A stretch of DNA of 64,000 nt. It comes from Octopus sinensis. Its lineage: Eukaryota. The translations under genes and the position numbers were made by a program. The stretch lies in the NCBI RefSeq assembly GCF_006345805.1, contig NC_043001.1, positions 134,540,001 to 134,604,000 of the forward strand, read 5' to 3'. Position 1 is the first letter of the stretch; each line of letters starts with the position of its first letter. The notes below the pieces were generated by a model, which saw nothing but the letters and a program-made list of their open reading frames with translations, had not been told where the DNA came from and did no database searches. Below, one piece after another: positions 13,520 to 26,769 of this stretch.

Positions 13520-13552
<33 letters not shown>
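12069..13552 (-). mobile_element. Internally deleted Helitron with N-terminal RepHel fragment
   Basis: 3' hairpin cccgagcaacgccggg 8 nt before CTAG (12069-72); CRFCRALK...GMCCSVGQVTLP...FLNNIRQYNSAFQMTSFGA with frameshifts; 5' TCTATATA-like end near 13552 uncertain. Confidence 0.88.
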
Positions 13553-13581
<29 letters not shown>

Positions 13582-14079
13582 GATAGGACAGACTTCTTTC
13601 AAACTGAAAGTATTATCTCACATTAGAATAGAGACATAATACTGAAATAGTGTAAGAAATAACAGATTGCTCTGAGCCAGAAGTTGGAAATTTATTTGGC
13701 CCATGACACTGCATGGACCTTGGCTTTTGTATTTGACGACTGTATTTCAATTTTATGTATAATATGTATGTATGAGCAAATGGGGGGGGGCTCTACATGG
13801 TAGCTAGACCTGGTAGAAATAGCAGCCAAATCTCCCCCAAAACACCCTACTGTCTTAATCCGATAATTCTACCTATTATGTAGTTCGAATGAGAAACTCT
13901 AACTTAAGATTAAGATTATTAACCCCAAACTTGGACAGTGTTAAGTACTGGAGATGTTTGGTGATTGTATGTGGTGATTACTTTTGACTGTTTCTTCTCA
14001 ATAAGGATAATTGATTGATAACGAATCTTAACACAATATATATACAACTTCAAGTGGAATCAGACATCATAAGAGAGAC

Positions 14080-14364
14080 CGCATAGCGACGGTTTTGGCT
14101 GACTGTCATCTTGTACTCTCCTTGTTGCTTACGAAATGGTATTTGCTGGCTGTCTGAGCAAACATGTTGCTCTTAATGGCAGAACAAACAGGACAAAGAG
14201 ATTACAAAAATAGTGATCATCACTTTGAAACTAACAATTTTGAAGATCTATTTAGATTACGGAATGCCCCGCTCTCTCGTGTATCCATGTTTAAAATTTC
14301 AGCGTGACTGGATGAACAACACTCAAGTTATAAGCACACAAACAGAATGGATTTTATATATTAG

Positions 14365-14365
<1 letters not shown>
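14080..14365 (-). mobile_element. Helitron-like 5' terminal fragment
   Basis: Minus strand starts A|TCTAATATATAAAAT...ctgaaatttt; could instead be the true 5' end of the 12069 element. Confidence 0.55.
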
Positions 14366-14407
<42 letters not shown>

Positions 14408-14629
14408 TATACACACACACACACACACATGCATGCATATGCACACACATACACATACAACTTTCTAGGCACTGATGGACCAGAACCTCTTACCTACACT
14501 AATTTACGAGCAGAAACTTCAAATTTTCACAACCACAAAGCTAATTTAATGGGACTATACACAGATTAGTACTCTGTACAGTATTAATAAACTTGTAAAC
14601 TAATGTACAGGTACCTATTCGTTTAATAA

Positions 14630-14950
14630 TTTAAGTAAAGTTTTCAGACAAATTTTGTAAGCTTTAAATCCTGCTGTTGATTTTTCCTTCAGAAATAAAG
14701 TTCTAGCAGGCATAAGCTTCTTGAAATGTGCAGTTTTATCAATATTGTATAGCTGTTCTGGCATGTAGTTCCCTGCAACAACCATTTTTGCAGCTACTCA
14801 GAATAATTAGTAGCAGCCTCTGCATCAGCACCGAAAACTTCACCAGTCATTTTTATGCTGTGCAAATTGAAGTGCTTCTTAAACTTTTCAAATCAGTTTT
14901 TACCAGCCAGAAAAAACTTTTTTATTAGAAGTGTCACCTTCCTCTTTCTG
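14630..14950 (-). mobile_element. Tigger/pogo (CENP-B-like DDE) transposase remnant
   Basis: FEKFKKHFNLHSIKMTGEVFGADAEAA...YMPEQLYNIDKT...MPART...GFKA. Confidence 0.85.
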
Positions 14951-15177
14951 AAAATTGTTATACAAACTTTTGGCTTTTCGTTTTTAATTAACATTGAGCA
15001 CAATTATGTCAAGTCTGAACCTTGATCTATAAACTCAAGAGCTATTCCATTTTAAGTATCACATTAGATGTATGCAAAAGTAAGATAAGCAGCTAACGGA
15101 GTAAATTCTTGCATACTTGATTTCCTTTTCTCTCTATTGTCATGTATTGTTTCCTCTATAGACATTGCAAGCCTTAA

Positions 15178-15398
15178 CCATTTAGTGTTCAGAATACTCT
15201 GTTAAATGTAATACTTTTTCACTCAAATTGCTTTGAATTAATCAAGCATTATCTTATAGCTTTGAGGTTTCAATGATCTGATTGCTTATTTTCAGAATGG
15301 CATTGTAGGTTAGGAGTGAAAGGCTAGATATCGCCAGTTTGAATATAAAACATGTAGAATATATTGGGCCGGATTTGGCCGGTTTAAACACTAAAGGG
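15178..15398. mobile_element. TTAA-flanked MITE, family 2
   Basis: ttaa|ccatttagtgtt...aacactaaaggg|ttaa. Confidence 0.75.
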
Positions 15399-15707
15399 TT
15401 AAAGCTCTGGCAATGTGGCTGATTTTTCTCCTGCATCAAGCCTTATTAAAATATCAAGTTTAATTACCCATTGCAATTCTTTTACGGTTCCTTTTTGCAC
15501 TGCTGCCTTCTGGTCCACTTGATGATTTCATTCCAGATGTCTTGTATTACAGTTCATTTAACTGTGGCAGTAGTTATCTACAATAAATATGTAATAAAAA
15601 AAAATAACTCCAAGAAAGAAATGCTTTGTGAGAGCAAAACAGTTTTCCTTATTCAATAGATGTAAAAATGGAAATAAGATGAAAAAGTGAAGTAGTAAAG
15701 TGGGAGG

Positions 15708-16093
15708 GGGGAAGCACTCCGTCGGTTACGACGACGAGGGTTCCGGTTGATCCGAATCAACGGAACAGCCTGCTCGTGAAATTAACGTGTAAGTGGCTGA
15801 GCACTCCACAGACACGTGCACCCTTAACGTAGTTCTCGGGGATATTCAGCGTGACACAGAGAGTGACAAGGCCGGCCCTTTGAAATACAGGTACAACAGA
15901 AACAGGAAGTAAGAGTGAGAGAAAGTTGTGGTGAAAGAGTACAGCAGGGATCACCACCATCCCTGCCGGAGCCTCGTGGAACTTTTAGGTGTTTTCGCTC
16001 AATAAACACTCACAATGCCCGGTCTGAGAATCGAAACCACGATCTTATGACCGCGAGTCCGCTGCCCTAACCACTGGGCCATTGCGCCTCCAC
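15708..16093 (-). mobile_element. SINE family A (tRNA-derived), full length
   Basis: A box tggcccagtgg, B box ggtttcgattc; 11-bp TSD aaagtgggagg. Confidence 0.92.
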
Positions 16094-17778
16094 AAAGTGG
16101 GAGGAAATACTGTATGGTTATAGAATGGTTACCATGTTCATGGGCACTTCACCTGGTGCTTCTATAGTATGATAGCTACCTTGCTATTTGGGACCTACTG
16201 TAAATGACAATGCACTCTACCATACAACCCACTTATGGCCTTCAACAATTAATACTTCTAAGGATCCCCCCTGACATTTGAGCAAGTTTATTTTTTTGCA
16301 TATTCCTGGTGTTTAACGTACCTGCACATAGGTCACAGGTAAAGACTACTTTCTCTGTTAGTCTTCCAGTGATACCACTGCACATCTTATGTGTCCATAG
16401 TTTGCAATGGGAATAGAATTTCTCCCAGTACCTTTTCTACATATCAAGCAGTGTTGTCAATTCAAAACATTTTTTCAGAAAACCCCAAAATAGTTACACC
16501 ATTCCATAGCAAAACCGTTGCACTACACTTTGACAATTTTTTATATTTTAGCAGCTGGAGATACAATTGTTTAGCCAAAAGAACTGGCTATTGCAAGCAA
16601 AAATAAATATTGAAAAAAACACATTTGGCCAAATTTGGACATACAACAGTTTAACATAATAACAACAATATATATGTGTAATATATATATATCTTCCTTC
16701 TCACTATCCGGAAATATACTGATGTCAAATTTCTTAAGTTTTCAATGTTTAAACTTTCATTATAATTATCCCCCGCCTCTCTCTCTAATACCTCAATACA
16801 AAATATTTATATATATTTTATATTTTATCTAGTTTCAGCTCACGAGCTGTGGCCATGCTACGGCACTGCCAAATCAATGTTTAACTCAATTTTTTTTTTC
16901 TTTTTATACATTTTTTTATTCTTCGATTTACCACCTTCATTTCAGTCTTATTAATATTGGAATTGTTGATGTTGCCATCACCACCATCATCACTATTATT
17001 TTTATTTATTTATCTTTATTTCAAAAATCATGTCTGTTTTACCAGCTAAAATTTAACTTCATTCAGCAAAAGAAACATCTCATGTGAAAAAATACAAATA
17101 GAAATACTGTTATCCAATTTTCTGTTAAAATAAAATATTTATTATATATTTTTATATAAGGACCATACACACATACACACACACACACACACACACATGC
17201 ACAGTGTCTCTTGATTTTTTTTCCTCTCCAGTATGGACCCCTCTTCCTTTCCTCACAGCAATATCAATTTTTATTTATTTAACAATATATTATTTTTAGA
17301 GTAATTTATTTTTTATTTTGTTGTCTGAGACAATTTCTGTTATTCAGTTAAAGAAGTCTTTTAGTCCAAATTCTTATTGATTTCTTCCTTTATTTATTTC
17401 TCTTTAAGTTATATTTCTAGAACTTTCTCATTATTGATTTATTTTGATTTAATACCAGTTTATGGTGATGGAGTTATTGAAGCAACATAATTATAGTCAA
17501 TTCAATTAGTTTCAGTATATTACTGGTACATTAATACTAAATTGGCAGAGTTGTTAAAGCATCAGATGAAATGTTTGTGGCACACTATTTATTCTGGCAC
17601 CTCACATTCTGAGTTCATATCCTGCTAAGATCAGATTTACCGTTCATTATTCTAGGATCAATAAATAAAGTACTAATCCAGGGTGGGAGATTCATCTAGG
17701 AAATTATTAGAGAATTAAATAAAATGCCTTGTAGTATTTATTCCTGCTGTGTTTTGTGTTTAAATCCCACTGTGGCTT

Positions 17779-18600
17779 CAGGGCAGGATCAAGGCCCTAA
17801 GCACTTCGATTTTGGTGCCCACATATATAGAATTCAAAATATAGACAATAATAAACCAGAAAATAATGTTTATTTTTATATATTTCCACTTTATATATAT
17901 GAAAAGTTTTCTACTTTTTTTAATTGCAAAGTCTTTGATCAGATCCTCAAAAATAATCTTACATAAAACATCTGCTTCTATACTTAGTATAGATAAGGCA
18001 GTGGAGGCGCAATGGCCCAGTGATTAGGGCAGCGGACTCGCGGTCATAGGATCGCGGTTTCGATTCCCAGACCAGGCGTTGTGAGTGTTTATTGAGCGAA
18101 AACACCTAAAGCTCCACGAGGCTCCGGCAGGGATGGTGGTGATCCCTGCTGTACCTGTATTTCAAAGGGCCGGCCTTGTCACTCTCTGTGTCATGCTGAA
18201 TATCCCCGAGAACTATGTTAAGGGTACACGTGTCTGTGGAGTGCTCAGCCACTTACACGTTAATTTCACGAGCAGGCTGTTCCGTTGATTCGGATCAACC
18301 GGAACCATCGTCGTCGTAACCGATGGAGTGCTTCCCATCCATAGATAAGGCATCCAGCCTACCTTGTTGGGGATTATTAATATACTTCAACTGAGAAAAT
18401 GAATGCTCAGCTGAGCAATTTCTGATCATTAATGCTAAAAATATACAAAAGGCAATATCTACATTTGTAAAAGCACACACAATAATGTTTATGTTAGCAA
18501 GTCGAAAGTAATTTCTTTTGTGCTATAAACCATTTACCATTTCTGTGGTGCTCCGCTTCCCTTGATGTCCTAAGCATGCACTTATTTTGCTGGCCTTATT
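17779..18600 (-). mobile_element. hAT transposase C-terminal remnant interrupted by a SINE
   Basis: FTNVDIAFCIFLALMIRNCSAEHSFSQLK...RLDALS|ILSIEADVL...DLIKDFAIKKSRK (hAT dimerisation domain); cagggcaggat-type terminus at 17779. Confidence 0.8.
18001..18340 (+). mobile_element. SINE family A with internal deletion
   Basis: 12-bp TSD atagataaggca (17989-18000, 18341-18352). Confidence 0.92.
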
Positions 18601-19490
18601 CTATCACCTAGTAAAACACCATTACCTGGACCTTTGGTGTCTTTAGAAGAGTACACTCTGTTGCAAGTATCTGAATTAGGTGTTTAGTTTGAAGTTACCA
18701 TCCTTTTTCTCTCCCACCAGTCTCAAAGACCCTGTAAAGGGTCGTAGGCATGCCTTTCTCTCCTGATTAAACAACAAAAATAAAAATTCAGAACTTTTAA
18801 TTATTTTAGCCACCTTTGACTGACAAAAGGCAAAGATGAGATGGGCAAGATTTGAACTTGGAACACTAGGGACATGACCAAATACCACAAAAGTATGTTG
18901 TCCAATACTACAACAATTTACCATTCACTGCCATACAGTTAGTTCACTGCTGTACTCTTTGATTTAGGTTGACTCTCCTCCCAACAACAGTTCTTATTTA
19001 CTACTATTTAACACACTACCTGTTAAGACCTGGATTTTAGTGACTCTCAAACATGAGGAATATAATTTCACTCAGACTTCCATAATTATTCTATAATTCA
19101 GAAAGTTAAGTAACCGTGACATACTCCACAAAATTTAGAATAGTATTTGATGCAGAGAGAGAGAGAGAGAGAGAGATTATTGTGAATGGGTTAACATATT
19201 TTTATACGATATTATTCTGTTGTCATTCATACATTTTGAAATTTATGTAAATGACTGACAGTCATTTGAATTCTGATACAGTCAATGTTATTTAATGATA
19301 ACAATCATCTAGACAATATTTTCTTTTATACACAGTATGCAGCTAAAAATAAAGAGCATGTCAAACCTGAGAAGACCGTGTTTTCAATAGAACTGGATTA
19401 ATGTTACATGTATAACTCTAGGCGAGAACAAGATATGTCCTTGTTGAATGATGTTGCTTCACTGGACATTGTATAATTCTGTACTTTCTG

Positions 19491-19696
19491 TACTTGTTTC
19501 AGTCATTTGACTGCGGCCATGCTGGAGCACCGCCTTTTAGAGTGGTGAAAGAGTACAGCAGGGATCACCACCTCCTGCCGGAGCCTCGTGGAGCTTTTAG
19601 GTGTTTTCGCTCAATAAACACACACAACGCCCGGTCTGGGAATCGAAACCGCGATCCTCCGACCGCGAGTCCGCTGCCCTAACCACTAGGCCATTG
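19491..19696 (-). mobile_element. Chimeric SINE: family A head joined to family B tail
   Basis: A-type sequence 19541-19696 abuts B-type tail 19491-19540. Confidence 0.75.
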
Positions 19697-20105
19697 TCAC
19701 ACTTTGTACACAAAACCACATTCCTCTTTGTTTGATTTCCTGTGTCTGTCTGTGACCAAACAGTCCATAGAAACTGTTGGTTTATGTTTAATCATTATAA
19801 TAATCTTACTCTTTTATCTTTTGTGTTAAATAATTTCAGTTTTCTGCTCTGTCAAAAATGACATTAACATGTAAAAATACAGTCTATTATTTGCCAATAA
19901 GCCCATTATGAAACAGCATTATTGTGATCTGAGTCCTGGTGTTTTATTTACAATATGTTCCAATGACCCAGTGTCGTGTATGAATAACTAATGATCTTTT
20001 TTAAAGCTGTGAGAACAGGTGGGAAGCCAGTAGCTAATAGAAAGTTTAAAACAGAAGAGAAGAATTAAAAGTTTGATTGTGTGTTTGTGTGTAGTAGTAG
20101 TAGTG

Positions 20106-20138
<33 letters not shown>

Positions 20139-20454
20139 TCTATATTGTAGCTGTGAAGTTGAAGGCTTGTGTAGTTGACATCGTTGTCGTCATCATCATC
20201 ATCATTATTTTATGTCACGTTTCCATACTGGTCTGGGCTGAATGAATCATTATGAATGGTTACGTCAGTCCTTAGTCAGCATTTCCAATCTTGTTTCACT
20301 CATGTATTCCATTTTTGACATAAGTTTCTGCAGTCAGATACCCTTCCTATCACCAGCTGCTTCACAAAGTATACTGGTCCTTAAATGTCTCTGCAAGCAG
20401 AGCCTTTGCAGAGGCTCTGCAAAGGGCCATGAGCACTGCCTTTCCTTCCTTATT

Positions 20455-20840
20455 GGTGGAAGCACTCCGTCGGTTACGACGACGAGGGTTCCGGTTGATC
20501 TGAATCAACGGAACAGCCTGCTCGTGAAATTAACATGTAAGTGGCTGAGCACTCCACAGACACGTGTACCCTTAACGTAGTTCTCGGGGATATTCAGCAT
20601 GACACAGAGAGTGACAAGGCCGGCCCTTTGAAATACAGGTACAACAGAAACAGGAAGTAAGAGTGAGAGAAAGTTGTGGTGAAAGAGTACAGCAGGGATC
20701 ACCACCATCCCTGCAGGAGCCTCGTGGAGCTTTAGGTGTTTTCGCTCAATAAACACTCACAATGCCCGGTCTGGGAATCGAAACCGCGATCCTACGACTG
20801 CGAGTCCGCTGCCCTAACCACTGGGCCATTGCGCCTCCAC
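20455..20840 (-). mobile_element. SINE family A, full length
   Basis: 13-bp TSD ttccttccttatt. Confidence 0.92.
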
Positions 20841-21104
20841 TTCCTTCCTTATTAAAAGGTAACAGAAAACCCTATCTGTTGCTGCCAAATATAATTTTGA
20901 GTTGATGTTCAGTCAGAGCAACTAAATCACCTCTGTTTGATTCCCTATCAAGCTTTAAAATTAGTGAACATTGTAAATCTTAGTTTTAATTCTACAGATT
21001 CAATGGCTAATTATTACTAGATGGGTTGTTATGGGTGTGTTGGAACTATAAAATAAAATCAATCTTTCATAAAACAACTTTAATCAGGGGCAAATTACTT
21101 ACAT

Positions 21105-21490
21105 GTGGAGGCGCAATGGCCCAGTGGTTAGGGCAGCGGACTCGCGGTCATAGGATCGCGGTTTCGATTCCCAGACCGGACGTTGTGAATGTTTATTGAG
21201 CGAAAACACCTAAAGCTCCACGAGGCTCCGGCAGGGGATGGTGGTGATCCCTGCTGTACTATTTCGCCACAACTTTCTCTCACTCTTACTTCCTGTTTCT
21301 GTTGTACCTGTATTTCAAAGGGCCGGCCTTGTCACTCTCTGTGTCACGCTGAATATCCCTGAGAACTATGTTAAGGCTACACGTGTCTGTGGAGTGCTCA
21401 GCCACTTACACGTTAATTTCACGAGCAGGCTGTTCCGTTGATCGGATCAACCGGAACCCTCGTCGTCGGAACCGACGGAGTGCTTCCAAC
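21105..21490 (+). mobile_element. SINE family A, full length
   Basis: Near-identical to other A copies; weak TSD acttaca. Confidence 0.9.
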
Positions 21491-22006
21491 AACTTACAAT
21501 ACTAAATATTCCCTCTGTCTCCCTTTTCCTTTTTGCACTGTCACACACTTTACATGCCCATTCACCCTATCCAATAATCTGTACCACTTTAATTATATAT
21601 CTACTCTAAATAACTTGAGGATACCCCACTCCCAACGCATCTTCACTGCCATCTTCTCTCTCTCTCTTCCTCCCTCTCCTCTTTCTGTTGCGGCTGATGT
21701 AACCATGTTTCTCCTCTGCAACAAGACACCTGTTTCTGTACCGCTATCATACCTTAGCTACTCATCATCTGGCACAAAGTAACCTTCCTCAATACCACTT
21801 TTCCATTCAGCTGTCTTGCAAGTTACTTGGTGACCTCACTAGTGCTGGTGCTACATAAAAAGCATTCGGTGCACTTGGTAAATTGGTTGGCATTAGAAAG
21901 AGCATGCAGCAGTAGAAACTATGCCAAACAGACTAGAGGAGCTTGGCACAGACCTCTAGCTTTGTGATAATAATGATGATGATGATTCTAAACTTACCTG
22001 TTACCT

Positions 22007-22398
22007 TTTATTTGTTTCAATCATTTGACTGCAGCCACAAAGGATTTTAGTTGCATTTGACTGCAGCCTTGAAGGGTTTTAGTCAAACAAATCAACCCCA
22101 GGAGTTTTTTTTATTAAGCTCAGTACTTATTCTATTTGTCTCTTTTGCCAAACTGCTAAGTAACAGGGACATAAACACACTAACACCAGTTGTCAAGTGG
22201 TGGGGGTGGGGGGACAAACACAGACACAAAGACACACACATACACACATATACATACAACAGACTTTGTTCAGTTTCCATCCACCAAATCCACTCAAAAG
22301 GCTTGGTCAATATGAGGTTATAATTGAAGATGCTTGCCCAGGGTGCCACGCAGTGGGACTGAACCCGGAACCATGTGGTTGGAACGCAAACTTTTTAC
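22007..22398 (-). mobile_element. SINE family B
   Basis: Matches family B body and tail. Confidence 0.8.
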
Positions 22399-23282
22399 TT
22401 GGGGAAATTCTAAAACTACGAATAATTGGAAATTACTTTCTAGTAGTGTGCACAAAGACGGTAACTTAGCACAGAATTTAGATAAGAATACATGAAGAAC
22501 ATATACAGAAAAATATATGAATAAAATATGGAAAGGAAAATATGAGCAAACTCTAGAAGAGGAGACGTGAAGTAAATGTTGAAGAATATATGAAGAAATT
22601 GTAGAGAGAAAAATATAAACAAAATGTGCAGAAAAAGATGGTGAGGATGTTTTTTTTTCCTCCCGCAAATAAGTTAAAATAATGTCAAGGTGAAACCTAA
22701 AATCGCAAGTAAATATTTAGTTTTCCTCCTTCAAGTAATTGATATCGCCATTTCATTCTCAGGGTTGTTTTGAAATTTATTCACAAGAATATTTTAAATA
22801 ACTTTGACGTTATAGGTTTTTACTTCACTGAACATGATGTCAATCTGTGTGTGTGTAAATAAGTGTTTGTGGGGTGAAAGAGAGAGAAATGAAAAGGAGA
22901 AAATTTGAAGCAGCAAGCATATAGATAATTTAGAAGACAGGAAGTACCAGTTGAATATTTAACAGGTTTGTAAGTTGTGTCCTTCATGGTGGAATAAATC
23001 CAGACTAGATACATTATGAAGTATCTGAAGTCTTTTTATATAAGTTATAGCTATCTTTTTAACTGCATCATTTAAATCAGATGCAGTGAGACTAAAAGTG
23101 TAGAGGCAAATTACATTTTAAACTTCCCACTTATCCAATCAATGGTGTGTAATAGATTAATTCATTCTTCCTCTTAACTATAAGGTGATATGATTTGGTA
23201 GCAGTGGAGTGGATTTGGATGACAGAAACTGGATGAAGCTTGTCATGTGAGTGTGTGTGTGTTTTTCTTTTTCTTGACATTA

Positions 23283-23690
23283 CATCATCATCATCATTTA
23301 ACGTCAACTTTCCATGCTAGCATGGGTTGGACAGTTCAACTGGGGTCTGGGAAGCCAGAAGGCTGCACCAGGCTCCAGTCTGATCTGGCAGTGTTTCTAC
23401 AGCTGGATGCCCTTCCTAACGCCAACCAATCCGTGAGTGTAGTGGGTGCTTTTTACATGCCACCGGCACAGGTGCCAGACGGGGCTGGCAAACAGCCATG
23501 ATCAGATGGTGCTTTTTACGTGCCACCGGCACGGAGACCAGACGAAGCTGGCAACGGCCACGATCGGATGGTGCTTTTAACATGCCACTGGCACGGAGGC
23601 CAATCAGGGCAGTGCTGGCTACAGCCACGTTCAGATGGTTCTCTTACGTGCCACCGGCACTGGTATCACAGCTACAAATTCCATTGATGT
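23283..23690 (-). mobile_element. RTE LINE 3' UTR fragment
   Basis: (CAT)n tail, conserved 3' end, about three tandem units. Confidence 0.85.
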
Positions 23691-23964
23691 TGATCGATTA
23701 TGATTTTGATTACATGATGGTTGTAAATGAGTATCGTCATACAAACAAGCCTGTTCAGCTCTAGTCTTCTGTGAAAAGCATGTCTAGCTAAGGGAAAATA
23801 TTACCTTGCTTGGAAACAGGTGAGAGTTGGTGACAGGAAGTGCAACCAGCCATATGTGTGCATGTCTGCCTTTGTACAAATGTTATAGGTTGTCAATGGA
23901 AGAGGAAGGTAATACTCAAAAAATGGTGTAAAGTTTGTTAATTTTTTTATTGAAATTTAGGAAT

Positions 23965-23970
23965 TGATCT

Positions 23971-24003
<33 letters not shown>

Positions 24004-24259
24004 CTATATATGTATATATATGTATATATATGTATATATATATGTATATATGTATATATGTATATATATATATGTATACATATATGTATATATATTGTAT
24101 ATATATATATATATGTATATTATATATGTATATATATATGTATAATATATATATGTATATATATATATATATGATATATATATATGTATGTATATATATA
24201 TGTATATATATATGTATGTATATATATAGTATATATATGTATATATATGTATATATATT

Positions 24260-24295
<36 letters not shown>

Positions 24296-24296
24296 G

Positions 24297-24361
<65 letters not shown>

Positions 24362-25066
24362 CATACATACATACATAATACATACATACTATATATATAC
24401 ATACATATATATATATATACATACATATATATATATATACATACATATATATATAGATATATATACATATATATATATATATATACATACATACATACAT
24501 ATATATATATATACATACATACCCTCTCTCTCTCTCTTTGGGAGAGGCACAAGCACGTACATGTACATATACACACACGGCAGTAACTTCCGCCTGCCGA
24601 ATTCAATCACAAAGCTTCGGTTGACTCGGGGCTATAGTGGAAGACACCTACCCAAAGTGCCACGCAGTGGGACTGAACCCGAAACCATGTAGCTAGGAGG
24701 CAAGCTCCCTAACCACATACACATACATATATATATATATATATACATACATACATATATATATATACATACATACATACATATATATATATTATACATA
24801 CATATATAATATATATACATACATACATACATATATATTATATATACATACATACATATATATATATACATACATCATATATATATATATACATACATAC
24901 ATATTATATACATACATATATATATGTAACATACATATATATATATGTATACATACATATATATATATTATACATACATATATTATATATATACATACAT
25001 ATATATATATAATATATATATACTACATATATATATATATAACATACATATATATAATATACATAC

Positions 25067-25104
<38 letters not shown>

Positions 25105-25242
25105 CATATATATATAATATATATATACATATATATATAATATATATATATATATATACACTACATATATATATATATATAATATATATATATACATATA
25201 TATATATATCATACATATATATATATACATACTATATATATA

Positions 25243-25297
<55 letters not shown>
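23965..25297. repeat. Compound (TA)n/(TACA)n microsatellite block with an embedded SINE B head
   Basis: Direct reading; source of all the YIYI-type ORFs. Confidence 0.97.
24521..24716 (-). mobile_element. SINE family B variant, head half
   Basis: Shares diagnostic changes with the 26135 copy. Confidence 0.8.
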
Positions 25298-25301
<4 letters not shown>

Positions 25302-25664
25302 CATGTTTCTGGAGTGGTAATTATATTATCTAAGAATCAAAAAAAAATCAACATTTCAAAGTAATTTCAGCCTTCTCAGTGGTTCAATACATATTAAATT
25401 GATTTTAATTGATTGAAGAACCTGGGTAGCATCTAAAATAGCTATTGGCTTATTAAATTAGTTACATGAAAAACTGCAGTACCAACCTAAAGTATTTGAA
25501 AAACTGTAAAAAATCAAGCAAAACAAGTAGATTTTATTTATATATTTTTGCTTTTCAATTCTGCTTTCACACAACAAGCTTAAATCTTGGAGAGTAATTC
25601 TTCACAACACTAATGGAGTTTCTCTGCTGATATAACATCTACTAAATACTAATAATGTTGCTGT

Positions 25665-26110
25665 TTTAACACAGCATTTGCCAGACGTGATGTTGCTGAC
25701 TTAATGCATCTACCAAACACTGATAATGTTGCCATTTTGATACAGCCTCTACCAGACACTGATAATGTTGCCGTTTTAATACGTCTACCAGATATTAATA
25801 ATGTTGCCGTTTTAATACAGCTTCTACCAGACACTGATAATGTTGCCGTTTTAATACAGTTTCTACCAGACACTGATAATGTTTCTGTTTTAATACATCT
25901 ACCAGATATTAATAATGTTGCTGTTTTAATACAGTTTCTACCAGACACTGATAATGTTTCTGTTTTAATACATCTACCAGATATTAATAATGTTGCCGTT
26001 TTAATACAGTTTCTACCAGACACTGATAATGTTTCTGTTTTAATACATCTACCAGATATTAATAATGTTGCTGTTTTAATACATCTACTAGACAGTGATA
26101 ATGTTGCTGA
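25665..26110. repeat. Minisatellite of alternating 36- and 39-bp units
   Basis: ctaccagacactgataatgtt(g/t)c(c/t)gttttaataca units; further units at 26785-26870. Confidence 0.92.
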
Positions 26111-26134
26111 TTTGGCCCTTTTTTTTACCACATC

Positions 26135-26340
26135 CTCTCTCTCTCTTTCGGAGAGGCACAAGCACCTACACGCACATATACACACACGGCAGTAACTTCC
26201 ACCTACCGAATTCAATTACAAAGCTCCGGTCGGCTCGGGGCTATAGTGGAAGACACCTACCCAAAGTGCCACGCAGTGGGACTGAACCCGAAACCATGTA
26301 GCTAGGAAGCAAGCTCCCTAACCACACAGCCATGCCCGCT
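26135..26340 (-). mobile_element. SINE family B variant, head half
   Basis: Paralogue of 24521-24716. Confidence 0.8.
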
Positions 26341-26538
26341 ACATATCTGCTGAAATTCATTGACTTTGTTTCAATTGATTTTGAAAATAATAAATTTAGC
26401 ACCATATTAAGCTGGTGCTTGGAAACATAAATTAACTTGAAATTCTGATGAAAGTTATAATACAAGTAACTCTAAAACAGAAAGTTTGTATCATAGAACT
26501 AGAAGCAGTCTCAGACAGATTGGTATTAAAAGCATTAA

Positions 26539-26769
26539 GGTGGCGAGCTGGCAGAAACGTTAGCACGCCGGGCGAAATGCTTTGCGGTATTTCGTCTGCC
26601 ATTACGTTGTGAGTTCAAATTCCGCCGAGGTCGACTTTGCCTTTCATCCTTTCGGGGTCGATAAATTAAGTACCAGTTACGCACTGGGGTCGATGTAATC
26701 GACTTAATACCTATGTCTGTCCTTGTTTGTCCCCTCTGTGTTTAGCCCCTTGTGGGTAATAAAGAAATA
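26539..26769 (+). mobile_element. SINE family C, full length
   Basis: 17-bp TSD ggtattaaaagcattaa. Confidence 0.9.

Noticed and set aside
15708-16093. tRNA genes at SINE heads
   Set aside because: A and B boxes are present, but there is no complete cloverleaf and the heads continue into SINE bodies with TSDs
18626-18670. 45-nt minus-strand exon candidate with CAG|GTAATG donor
   Set aside because: No partner exons or homology
22940-22975. PSMG4 exon 1 end (AAC AGG TTT|GTAAGT)
   Set aside because: In-frame TGA at 22952, only two codons before the NRF
23957-25298. Long YIYI/MYVC ORFs (also the HTHT and CVCV ORFs elsewhere)
   Set aside because: Translations of microsatellites
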